The notes under the pieces were generated by a model that saw only the letters and a list, made by a program, of their open reading frames with translations, had not been told where the DNA came from and searched no databases. From Chitinophagales bacterium (GTDB lineage: Bacteria; Bacteroidota; Bacteroidia; Chitinophagales; CAIODY01), in NCBI GenBank assembly GCA_026461075.1, contig JAPJNH010000107.1, forward strand, positions 1,127 through 65,126: a stretch of DNA of 64,000 nt. Direction: 5' to 3'. The position numbers and the translations under genes are program-made. Below are positions 18,056 to 26,795 of the stretch, one piece after another. Each line of letters begins with the position of its first letter. Position 1 is the stretch's first letter.

Positions 18056-19102
18056 ATGAATTCAAAAGCTAAAAAAGAAATAAGAGAAGCCACTACCGAA
18101 GAATTGAGTGTTTTGTTGAACGATTTAAACGAAAAACCGTTCAGACTGCAACAGATTCACGAATGGCTATGGATGAAGTGGGCTCGTTCGTTCGATGCCA
18201 TGACTAACCTCTCGAAAAACTTACGTGAGGAACTCGCGCTCCGTTATGAATTCAGAGCCATCACAGTAGATCATACCCAACAAAGTAGCGATGGCACTAT
18301 CAAAGTACGTTTTAAAACTTTTGATGGTCACTTTATCGAAGGCGTATTAATCCCTACCACCGATCGTCTAACCGCTTGTATTAGCTCACAAATCGGATGT
18401 AGCCTCACTTGTCGCTTCTGCGCTACAGGTAAGATGAAACGCGTACGTAATTTGTTCCACTATGAAATTTTTGATCAAGTAGCGATCCTTCAAGAAATCG
18501 CTGAAAAGAACTTTTCTAAACGCCTATCTAATATCGTTTATATGGGTATGGGCGAACCTTTATTGAACTACAATAACGTCCTTCGTTCGATTGATAAAAT
18601 CACCTCTCCGAAAGGAATGGCGATGAGTCCGAGTCGTATCACTGTCTCAACATCTGGTATTACAAAACAGATCAGAGAGCTGGCAGATGAAAAAGTTAAA
18701 TTCAATTTAGCTATCTCCTTGCACGCCGCAGATAATGCCAAACGTAGCAAGATGATGCCAATCAATGATACCAATACTTTAGAGGAATTAATTGATTCAT
18801 TAGACTACTTCTACAAAAAGACAGGCACCGCAATCACCTATGAATACATCCTTTTCCAAGATGTAAACGATTCTGAAACCGATGCAGCCAACTTAGTAAA
18901 ACTTTGCCGTCGTATCCCATCGAAAGTAAATTTGATTGAATACAACACAGTGGAGGATGTCCCTTACCAAAAGGCTGGACATGAAAGCTTAGATAAATTC
19001 ATCACCTACCTTCAAAAGAACCGCGTAAACGTGCGCGTACGCCGTAGTCGTGGTAAAGATATCGACGCCGCTTGCGGGCAGTTAGCAAACAAAAATAATT
19101 AA
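18056..19102 (+). CDS. rlmN: Dual-specificity 23S rRNA/tRNA m2A methyltransferase RlmN (radical SAM)
   Basis: CISSQIGCSLTCRFC, MGMGEP, SLH, IDAACGQL; ATG 18056. Confidence 0.96.
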   Translation: MNSKAKKEIREATTEELSVLLNDLNEKPFRLQQIHEWLWMKWARSFDAMTNLSKNLREELALRYEFRAITVDHTQQSSDGTIKVRFKTFDGHFIEGVLIPTTDRLTACISSQIGCSLTCRFCATGKMKRVRNLFHYEIFDQVAILQEIAEKNFSKRLSNIVYMGMGEPLLNYNNVLRSIDKITSPKGMAMSPSRITVSTSGITKQIRELADEKVKFNLAISLHAADNAKRSKMMPINDTNTLEELIDSLDYFYKKTGTAITYEYILFQDVNDSETDAANLVKLCRRIPSKVNLIEYNTVEDVPYQKAGHESLDKFITYLQKNRVNVRVRRSRGKDIDAACGQLANKNN

Positions 19103-19162
19103 AAATTAAGGATTAAAAATGAAGAATTATTAATTATTAATTCTTCATTTTTAATTTTCAAT
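19100..19162. repeat. Heptamer-periodic AT-rich element forming an 18-bp perfect inverted repeat
   Basis: taaaaat taaggat taaaaat gaagaat tattaat tattaat tcttcat ttttaat tttcaat; arms 19112-19129 and 19138-19155. Confidence 0.8.
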
Positions 19163-19748
19163 CTGTTTCCGGGTTTTCATCCAAATACTTAGAGACCCCG
19201 TCGAGTTGTTCATAAAACTCTTCTCCGAATTGACGGATGATTGGTTCTTTTAAGAACTGATAAACGCGTATTTTTTCTTTATCGCCGCGCTTGCAGGCGT
19301 CGCTGCAAATCGACCAGCGGTCGTAGTTGAGCGCCAAATCACCGCTTCTCAACTCCGTTACACGAATTGGGTATAAATGACAAGAAATCGGCTTTTGCCA
19401 AGACACTTTCCCTTCCTTCCACATCTTCTCTATCGCGCACCATGCAAAACCTTTTTCATCAAAAATAGTATAGACACAAGGGCCCATATTGGGCAGTAAA
19501 GGAGTCGATAAATGACCTTCTTCATCTTCTACATACAAACCTTCCGTTTCGATAACTTTAACCGCCTCTTCGCCTAATAAATGCTTTACGGCCGGATAAG
19601 CCTTTTCTAATTGCGACAACTCATCTTTCAACAAAGGTGCGCCACCATCCCCAGCGATGCAACAAGCTCCTTTACAGGCGTTAAGGTCGCAGGCAAAGTG
19701 TTCTTTGACTACATCATCACTAATGAGCTTATTGTCTATTTGAATCAT
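19158..19748 (-). CDS. DUF3109 family Cys-rich protein
   Basis: FACDLNACKGACC..GD.GAPL, CAIEK, KPISCHLYPIR. The start could be 19757. Confidence 0.85.
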   Translation of the reverse strand: MIQIDNKLISDDVVKEHFACDLNACKGACCIAGDGGAPLLKDELSQLEKAYPAVKHLLGEEAVKVIETEGLYVEDEEGHLSTPLLPNMGPCVYTIFDEKGFAWCAIEKMWKEGKVSWQKPISCHLYPIRVTELRSGDLALNYDRWSICSDACKRGDKEKIRVYQFLKEPIIRQFGEEFYEQLDGVSKYLDENPETD

Positions 19749-19757
19749 ATAGGGCAT

Positions 19758-19805
19758 AAAAAAACGTCCTTTCCATCACTTCGTTTTGAAGAAAAGGAAA
19801 GGACG
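19758..19805 (-). terminator. Intrinsic terminator after secG
   Basis: Minus strand CGTCCTTTCC...GGAAAGGACG followed by T7. Confidence 0.8.
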
Positions 19806-19822
19806 CTAATCGTTACAAAAAA

Positions 19823-20128
19823 TTATTTTGTTCCAGGTTGAGCGCTCTTAGGTAAAGCGTCGATCACTTCTGATTTAGCAGCACCTTTCGCATCACCTTT
19901 CGTAGAACGAACGAAGAAGTTAGAAGACAAGCACAATACCAAGAAGATTCCAGCCAACCACCAAGTTCCTTTTTCCAAGAAATCGGTCGTCTTTTGAACA
20001 CCTAAAATTTGGTTGTTCACGCCACCGAAAGTAGAGTTCAATCCACCACCTTTAGGGTTTTGTACCAATACGAAAAGTACCAACAAAACGCAGGCGATCA
20101 ACATCAATATCGTTAAAAGAGTAATCAT
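19823..20128 (-). CDS. secG: Preprotein translocase subunit SecG
   Basis: VLVQNPKGGGL...FGG, LEKGTWWL. Confidence 0.93.
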   Translation of the reverse strand: MITLLTILMLIACVLLVLFVLVQNPKGGGLNSTFGGVNNQILGVQKTTDFLEKGTWWLAGIFLVLCLSSNFFVRSTKGDAKGAAKSEVIDALPKSAQPGTK

Positions 20129-21408
20129 AATTGATTCAATTTATTTTTTATTTCAGAAATACGGGTAGCAAAGAAAACACTTTTTTCGGGTTTTAGCAAA
20201 CGAAGTTTTTCAAAAGCGGCAATCGCCTTTTCATATTTCTCCTGTTTGACTAACATTTCGGCCATGGTTTCAGTAATGAAATCGTCGTGCTCTTGGAGTC
20301 CATAAACGCTCATTTCCAAGACATCAACCTGAGGGTTCTCGACCCCAGAAGCCGCATCCTCAAAGGATTGTACGAATTCGTCCATTACCTTACGGAGTTG
20401 CGAGGCGTGAGTGCGCGCACGATTCTGACCGATAGCCGATCCCTTACTATGTTGCTTTAAAAAGCTTAAAAAAGCTGATTTATTCTCTTGATTTTCAGGA
20501 TTTTGTTCCGTTTTTACTTCATTTGCCATTGCTTCCGTACTTTTTTTCTCTATTTCTTCCACTTTCACAGCTTCTGTAGCCGGTAAAGGCACTTTCGCTG
20601 TCTGTTCTACCTTCTCTTTATCTTTTACTACATCCTTGTCTTTTTTGAAAAAACTAAGGTCGATCATTTCGTTTTCATCAATTTCCATGTCCATCTCCAC
20701 ATATTCATCCGAAAAATAAGCTTCGCGATCACTTGCTGCCAATGCGGCTGCCGAGCGAATCAAAGAATCTAACTCGTCATCTAAAGCCTTCAAACGTGCA
20801 TCCTGGCTGTGTGGCTTTTTAGCATCTTCGTAAAGGGCCTCCCAATCGATATCATGACCAGGCTTCTTAGGGCCACGCTTTTTCTTTGGCTTCTCAGTCA
20901 TTTCAAGACGAGGTGTTTCAACAGGAGCTTCTGCCACAGACTTTATCTCCTCCCTTGCCTCTGCTTCGATCGGAGCGCTGCTTGTTACAGAAACTTCTGC
21001 CAACGGCGCAGCTTCAACGACAGGCGTATTAACCACTGGCGTTACTTCTAAACATATTGAACTTGTCTCTGCTACAAGGGGAGCGCTTGGCTTCTCTTCA
21101 ACAATAGGCTTTGCAATAGGCGCTTCTTCCGCTGGTGCTGCCACATTAATACCGCTAGCATCGGCCATCATCAGATGGATCGTCATCCATTTCATCAATA
21201 AAGCTCGATCAGAGCTATAAAGTGCTGCACGAACCAACTGTGAGTTGGCTCGCATATCACCACTTTGCTGGTATTTCTTAGCCAATAAAGCAGGGATATC
21301 TGCGAAGTAAGGATAACGTAATTGTAGACGCTCTAATTCATCAGTCTGCAGGCTAAAGAATAGCTCTGGCTGAAACATACAGGCCGATATGGATGGAATA
21401 CGCGTCAT
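20125..21408 (-). CDS. Conserved Bacteroidota hypothetical protein with a C-terminal TPR-like helix pair and a long low-complexity middle
   Basis: N-terminal RYPYF...LLAK...AALY..DR..L; C-terminal ITETMAEMLVKQEKYEKAIAAFEKL.LLKPEKS.FFA; ATGA overlaps on both sides. Confidence 0.8.
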   Translation of the reverse strand: MTRIPSISACMFQPELFFSLQTDELERLQLRYPYFADIPALLAKKYQQSGDMRANSQLVRAALYSSDRALLMKWMTIHLMMADASGINVAAPAEEAPIAKPIVEEKPSAPLVAETSSICLEVTPVVNTPVVEAAPLAEVSVTSSAPIEAEAREEIKSVAEAPVETPRLEMTEKPKKKRGPKKPGHDIDWEALYEDAKKPHSQDARLKALDDELDSLIRSAAALAASDREAYFSDEYVEMDMEIDENEMIDLSFFKKDKDVVKDKEKVEQTAKVPLPATEAVKVEEIEKKSTEAMANEVKTEQNPENQENKSAFLSFLKQHSKGSAIGQNRARTHASQLRKVMDEFVQSFEDAASGVENPQVDVLEMSVYGLQEHDDFITETMAEMLVKQEKYEKAIAAFEKLRLLKPEKSVFFATRISEIKNKLNQL

Positions 21409-22895
21409 TTATTTTTAAAGCCGAGTCGTGGTAATACCTGCTTAACCCATATACCATGAATTTCAGGCGACACGCGACTCATTAACAAAAATACAATAAA
21501 TGCGACGCTTGCCAAACTAAATCTCAAAAAGGCGCTCCACCAAATATTCATGCCTTGCGTCAGCCAAATCAAGGCAAAAGCAATGATGGTTGACATCAAT
21601 AATACCCAAACGATGCCGACAGTAAAAGGTTGAATTCGCACTTTATACCAAACATAGAGATACTTCGCGACATTGAACAAGACATTTACCATCGTGGTTG
21701 CTAAGGCGGCTCCGATAATACCGTAACGTGGAATAAAGTACGCATTCGCAAAAATGGTAAAGATCATTAATGCCACAATTAGGTATAGATTGAACTTGTA
21801 ATATTTCGAAGTTTGAATAATTTCCCCATTGATACTCGTAGCCATATCAATCAATTTCGAGGAAGCCAATAAAAGTACTACCCACTTTGCACCTTGATAT
21901 TCCGCTGGTAACTGCGCTAAGAATGCATCAACTAATAATACCAATAACAAAATCAAAAAGCTTCCTGCAATGATTAACTGCATGGCGGATTTTTTATAGA
22001 GCTCGTCCAACTTCTGTTTATCATTTTCATGCCACGCATCAGCCACCAAGGGAAGGAGGATTTGCGAAATCGTTTTCTGCGGCATCTGCACCACCGAACA
22101 GATGAAGTAAGCCAGGCGGTAAATCCCTGCATCACTCAGACTATGTCCGGCAAGCATCAAACTGTCGATACTATTGGCAATCGACCAAGCGCCGCCGGCA
22201 AGGACATTATACAGACTGTATTGAATTATCTCTTTGCGTGCAATAATGGATTGATAGCTTTTATCGAAGCGGATGCGCATGAATTCATCCTTGCGATGAT
22301 TCCACCAAAGTGCTAGAAACAAGGCTCCATAGGCAAAGACAAAAATCCAAACAAAAAAATCGAAGCTGATCCAATTCATTGCAAGCGCTACGAGTGCAAG
22401 GATATTAATGACTCTTAGTAAAACCTCTCGCGTAAAATTGGTGAATACAATTTGCTTCTGGGAACGAACAAAAGCTTCTAACAGATTATAGGCTACAACC
22501 GTTATGGTAAAGGGGATTGTAGCGTAGAAATAATGTAGAAACAAAGCCGATTTTGCCTGATACCAATGCACAAAAATCGATTGCATGGCGACATACAAGA
22601 GCAACAAGGCGAGTGTGGAATAAAAGGCTAATTTCACCAACAAGCCCAACAATGAGGCTTTCGCAGCGGGATGCTCATTTACTTTCGCAGAATAATAATA
22701 GGCGGTGTTTTGTGTGCCTGCCAATCCTAACTGCGATAATATACTCGCCAAAGAAAGTAAAACACCGGTCGTCAAGCCTATTTGCGCTGCCGTTAGAAAG
22801 TGCGGATAAAGCCATAAAGTCGTGATCGCTCCTAAGAGAACGCCGAAATAAGCCCATACGGTACTTCGAATACTTTGACGAATGACAATACCCAT
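21405..22895 (-). CDS. Oligosaccharide/polysaccharide flippase (Wzx/MOP superfamily)
   Basis: MGIVIRQSIRST..AYFG; highly hydrophobic multi-TM protein; IDSLML, GIYRLA, YFIPRYGIIGAALAT. Confidence 0.85.
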   Translation of the reverse strand: MGIVIRQSIRSTVWAYFGVLLGAITTLWLYPHFLTAAQIGLTTGVLLSLASILSQLGLAGTQNTAYYYSAKVNEHPAAKASLLGLLVKLAFYSTLALLLLYVAMQSIFVHWYQAKSALFLHYFYATIPFTITVVAYNLLEAFVRSQKQIVFTNFTREVLLRVINILALVALAMNWISFDFFVWIFVFAYGALFLALWWNHRKDEFMRIRFDKSYQSIIARKEIIQYSLYNVLAGGAWSIANSIDSLMLAGHSLSDAGIYRLAYFICSVVQMPQKTISQILLPLVADAWHENDKQKLDELYKKSAMQLIIAGSFLILLLVLLVDAFLAQLPAEYQGAKWVVLLLASSKLIDMATSINGEIIQTSKYYKFNLYLIVALMIFTIFANAYFIPRYGIIGAALATTMVNVLFNVAKYLYVWYKVRIQPFTVGIVWVLLMSTIIAFALIWLTQGMNIWWSAFLRFSLASVAFIVFLLMSRVSPEIHGIWVKQVLPRLGFKNK

Positions 22896-22990
22896 TGATG
22901 CTAAAGTACGAAGAAAGCGCAAAGCTTTAGTGGCTTCTCTCCAATTTCCGCTTGAATGTTTGTACTTTTGACGGTGTAAAATATAGAATC

Positions 22991-23710
22991 GTGGGCAAAA
23001 ACAAACTACATCACTATAACGAGGTTGCAACTTTTCCAAATGTATTGCAAGTTGGACCCAATGATAAAGCCACCTTTCCATTTAAAGGAAAGTGGGCATC
23101 CGATTATTTCAAAAACGAGCGTCCAATTGTATTAGAATTGGCATGTGGCAAAGGTGAATACACGATAGGCATGTCAGGATTGTTTCCAGAAAAGAATTTT
23201 ATCGGTATTGATGTAAAAGGTGCGAGGATTTGGCGTGGCGCGAAAACAGCTTTGGAGGAAGGTAAAACCAATGTTGCCTTTTTGAGAATTATGATTGAAT
23301 GGTTGAATGATTTCTTTGCCGAAGATGAGATTTCAGAAATATGGATCACCTTCCCAGACCCTTATTTGAGTTCGAGTAAAACACATAAACGTCTTACTAG
23401 CACGAAGTTTATGAATCTATACAGTCAAATTTTAAAAGACGGTGGATTCGTAAATTTAAAAACAGACGACCCAACCCTATACCAATTTACACAAGACACT
23501 TGGGCGGGCATTGAAGCTGAAGAAAAATATCCATTCGATACTGCTCGTTATTTTAAAGTAGTCGACAAGCAAGACAACGTCTATGCCAATGGCTGGAATG
23601 AAAACCCATTGTTGAATATTCGCACACACTATGAGCGTATGCACCTAGGCAACGAAAGAATTATCAAATACATCCGTTCCCAATTTAAACGTGATGGCTA
23701 CCGCTCCTAA
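22991..23710 (+). CDS. trmB: tRNA (guanine-N7)-methyltransferase
   Basis: IVLELACGKGEY, FIGIDVKGARIW, ITFPDP, L.TDD, T.YE; probable GTG start 22991. Confidence 0.93.
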   Translation: MGKNKLHHYNEVATFPNVLQVGPNDKATFPFKGKWASDYFKNERPIVLELACGKGEYTIGMSGLFPEKNFIGIDVKGARIWRGAKTALEEGKTNVAFLRIMIEWLNDFFAEDEISEIWITFPDPYLSSSKTHKRLTSTKFMNLYSQILKDGGFVNLKTDDPTLYQFTQDTWAGIEAEEKYPFDTARYFKVVDKQDNVYANGWNENPLLNIRTHYERMHLGNERIIKYIRSQFKRDGYRS

Positions 23711-24026
23711 GGAAAGTTTTTTTGAAAGGGTATTTGAAGTCGTACGCAAGATTCCTCCTGGAAGGGTATGTTCGTATGGTGTCATCGCAGAGGCTTGCGG
23801 AGGAAGGATTTCTGCTCGTATGGTTGGTTGGGCGATGAATGCTTCTCATACCATGCAACCGCCTGTACCAGCGCATCGTGTCGTTAATCGCAATGGACAA
23901 CTAACCGGCAAACATCATTTCCCTACCCCCGACATGATGCAACAACTTTTAGAAAAAGAAGGGATACAAGTGATCGATGACCAAATCATCGATTTCAAAA
24001 AGATCGTTTGGACTCCGGAAATATAA
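23694..24026 (+). CDS. Alkyltransferase-like protein (ATL/YbaZ, MGMT family)
   Basis: IPPGRVCSYG.IA, RMVGWAM; PAHRVV has Ala in place of the catalytic Cys of PCHRV. Confidence 0.88.
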   Translation: MATAPKESFFERVFEVVRKIPPGRVCSYGVIAEACGGRISARMVGWAMNASHTMQPPVPAHRVVNRNGQLTGKHHFPTPDMMQQLLEKEGIQVIDDQIIDFKKIVWTPEI

Positions 24027-24037
24027 TCCTAGTCAAC

Positions 24038-25087
24038 TTATAAATTCACCACGATTGATTTCGCGCTCCGTGAGGTAATTCGCCCAATCGGATTCGCAAA
24101 AGCAGCATAGCCCTTTTCAGTCAATAAAGCTTCGAAAGACGCTTGCGCACTACTTTCTACAGCAATTAACAATCCCCCACTCGTTTGCGGATCTGGCAAA
24201 AGTTTAAAGGCATCCATCACTGGAACACCCGCTCCCCACTCTATCTCCGAACCATACGCATTCCAATTACGGTAGGTCGCGTCAGGGATAATATTCGCTT
24301 CTATATAATGCTTCACCCCATCGATGAACGGCAGGTGATTCCAATATAATTCCGCACTAAAGTCTGTGCCAATCATTTCTAATAAATGACCCGCCAACCC
24401 AAATCCTGTAACGTCCGTCATAGCATGTACCGCATTTGAAGTCGCCAATTGCATACCAATTTGGTTCAACTCCGTCATGTATTTCACAGCCACTCCTATA
24501 TGCTCTTCCTTTAATACGCCACGCTTCTCTGCAGTCGCTAAAATGCCGACACCTAAAGGCTTAGTGAGATAAAGTAAATCACCTTCTTGTACTGCATTAT
24601 TCTTTTTCAAATGTTTTAAATCAACTTCCCCATTCACAGAAAGGCCGAAAATCGGTTCAGGGCTATCGATACTATGTCCACCTGCCAATACCACTTTCGC
24701 TTCGTTACATACCGCACGTGCTCCATTTAAAATCTGCTGTGCTATTTCAACAGGCAGTTTATCGACAGGAAAACCTAAAACAGCTAAAGCCATAAAAGGA
24801 CGACCGCCCATGGCATAGACATCCGAAAGCGCGTTCGTAGCCGCGATCCGCCCGAAGTCGTACGCATCATTCACAATGGGTGTAAAAAAATCAGTGGTTG
24901 AAATTAAGCCCCGCCCTTCTCCTAAATCATAAACGGCAGCGTCATCTTTGCTCTCATTTCCCACAATTAAACGCTCAGAGCTAAAACTCGGAACATCCGT
25001 CTGCAAAATGCTTTGCAATACCTGTGGCGCAATTTTACAACCACAACCAGCACCATGTGCAAACTCCGTTAATTTAATTTTCTCCAT
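24038..25087 (-). CDS. selD: Selenide, water dikinase (Cys form)
   Basis: HGAGCGCK, DDAAV, TTDFFTPIV.DAYDFGRIAATNALSDVYAMGG, GGHSI, TDVTGFGL.GH, DPQTSGGLL. Confidence 0.97.
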   Translation of the reverse strand: MEKIKLTEFAHGAGCGCKIAPQVLQSILQTDVPSFSSERLIVGNESKDDAAVYDLGEGRGLISTTDFFTPIVNDAYDFGRIAATNALSDVYAMGGRPFMALAVLGFPVDKLPVEIAQQILNGARAVCNEAKVVLAGGHSIDSPEPIFGLSVNGEVDLKHLKKNNAVQEGDLLYLTKPLGVGILATAEKRGVLKEEHIGVAVKYMTELNQIGMQLATSNAVHAMTDVTGFGLAGHLLEMIGTDFSAELYWNHLPFIDGVKHYIEANIIPDATYRNWNAYGSEIEWGAGVPVMDAFKLLPDPQTSGGLLIAVESSAQASFEALLTEKGYAAFANPIGRITSRSAKSIVVNL

Positions 25088-26111
25088 GCGTTAATTTTTT
25101 CCAATCAAAAACATCGTGTGATTCAAATTCAAATCGAATAATATTCTCTTGCCCTCTTTTTTGCAATCCTAAATCATACCATTTATCATAGTATCGCAAT
25201 AGAATGCGGAAAGCTTCTTTTCTATTTCCTTCCGTTAAATAATTTAGTACGTTTTTCGTTTCTAGTCCTCCTAATCGTTTTGCAATACGGTTCGTCGCTG
25301 ATTGCAAATCCTCTGTAGGAACGGTTGCATAATCTTGTTCTAAATATTGCAAACGTTCTTCAAAAGGGATATCGACATAATAAACCTTAGCAGCCCGCAT
25401 TTGATTCCAGAAATTGATAGGCACCTGCACATCGCCGATACGCGCACTTTCATCTTCCACCCAAATTGCCTTATTCGCAGAAACGTTGGCTAATGCCAAC
25501 CCTAATAAATTCTCAAAAGCCTCTTGGGTAGGCTGTTCACCGCTGGTCTTCCCAAAGGACGAGCCTTTATGATTGGCCATTCCTTCTAAATCGAGAACCT
25601 GCAAATTTTGAGCAGCTGCATTTTTAAGGAACATGGTTTTACCAGCTCCTGTTCGTCCGCCCAAAATATTGATTTTATAGTGTGCATTTAATTGCTCGTT
25701 GATATAGCCTCTAAACGCTTTATATCCTCCATGTAATGTAAATACTTTGAACCCGTATAAATCGAGCAACCAAGCTACGCCGGCACTGCGCATGCCTCCA
25801 CGCCAACAATGAACAAAGACAGAATTTTGCTTCGGATCCATCGCTAATTCCTTCATCCATAGTTCCACTTGATCCACCATGCTACGCATTTTCGGACCAA
25901 AGAAATCCAAGCCAATTTTAATGGCGTTTTCGCGCGATTGCTGTTTATAGGAAGTACCGACCACCTTTCGTTCTTCATCGTTAAAGAGTGGCAATGAATA
26001 CGCGCCTGGCATATGCGCATGACGGTATTCGCTGGGTGAACGAACATCGATCAAGAAGCCTTCCTGACTCTTACGCAGAAACTCAGTAATATTTAATCTT
26101 GTAATTGCCAT
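25074..26111 (-). CDS. mnmH: tRNA 2-selenouridine(34) synthase
   Basis: Rhodanese domain IDVRSP.EY..AH.PG, CWRGGMRS; P-loop GRTGAGKT; DLEGMANHKGSSFG; EDES. Confidence 0.95.
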   Translation of the reverse strand: MAITRLNITEFLRKSQEGFLIDVRSPSEYRHAHMPGAYSLPLFNDEERKVVGTSYKQQSRENAIKIGLDFFGPKMRSMVDQVELWMKELAMDPKQNSVFVHCWRGGMRSAGVAWLLDLYGFKVFTLHGGYKAFRGYINEQLNAHYKINILGGRTGAGKTMFLKNAAAQNLQVLDLEGMANHKGSSFGKTSGEQPTQEAFENLLGLALANVSANKAIWVEDESARIGDVQVPINFWNQMRAAKVYYVDIPFEERLQYLEQDYATVPTEDLQSATNRIAKRLGGLETKNVLNYLTEGNRKEAFRILLRYYDKWYDLGLQKRGQENIIRFEFESHDVFDWKKLTHGEN

Positions 26112-26341
26112 TAGGGTACGGGGTCGTAGCCATGGCCTCCCCAAGGGTGACAACGGCTGATTCTTTTAATACCTAGGATACTTCCTTTCCATGGTCCGTA
26201 TTTTCGTATAGCCTCTGCTGTATAACGCGAACAGGTAGGCTGATAACGACAGGCCGGACCAATGAGTGGTGAAAGTCCCCACTGATAAAATTTAATGATT
26301 GCTAAAAACAGCCCGCTAATTAACTGGTTGATCCATTTCAT
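26111..26341 (-). CDS. yidD: Membrane protein insertion efficiency factor YidD
   Basis: [33 protein letters not shown]. Confidence 0.95.
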   Translation of the reverse strand: MKWINQLISGLFLAIIKFYQWGLSPLIGPACRYQPTCSRYTAEAIRKYGPWKGSILGIKRISRCHPWGGHGYDPVP

Positions 26342-26726
26342 CTGGTGGCGGTATTAATTGCGCAAAGATCCGCAGTATGTTTTTCTCCAAATTGGCGTAA
26401 TTAGGCATTTGCATACCTAAGAACAAAAAACAACCTTGCATTCCTCGCTGCTGTGAAATTAAATAATCATTAAGACTGTGTTTGTGTACGCGAAACACCT
26501 CACGGAGCAGGCGCTTGATATAATTTCTATCGTGCGCACGTTTAAACTGTCGTTTGGAAACCGTAAACATAAACGCCGTAGGATTCGTAGCTGAAAAGGG
26601 TGCTTCGATAAAAACTAACTTCAAAGGCCCTTGACGTACTGATTTTCCAGTCGCGAAAACGGCATCCATCTGCTTTCGAGAGTGCAGACGTTCCAGTTTA
26701 GATAAGCCATTGCGCTTAGAAATCAT
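26316..26726 (-). CDS. rnpA: Ribonuclease P protein component
   Basis: [30 protein letters not shown] (RNR motif). Confidence 0.92.
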   Translation of the reverse strand: MISKRNGLSKLERLHSRKQMDAVFATGKSVRQGPLKLVFIEAPFSATNPTAFMFTVSKRQFKRAHDRNYIKRLLREVFRVHKHSLNDYLISQQRGMQGCFLFLGMQMPNYANLEKNILRIFAQLIPPPDEMDQPVN

Positions 26727-26795
26727 GCTACTAAAATACAGCCTTTATTTAGAACTTATCAGAATTATGTATCTTAGAAGTCGAAGAATAACATC

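Noticed and set aside
23694-24026. Active O6-methylguanine methyltransferase (ogt)
   Set aside because: The active-site motif is PAHRV with no Cys, so it is a non-catalytic ATL, which is a known family.
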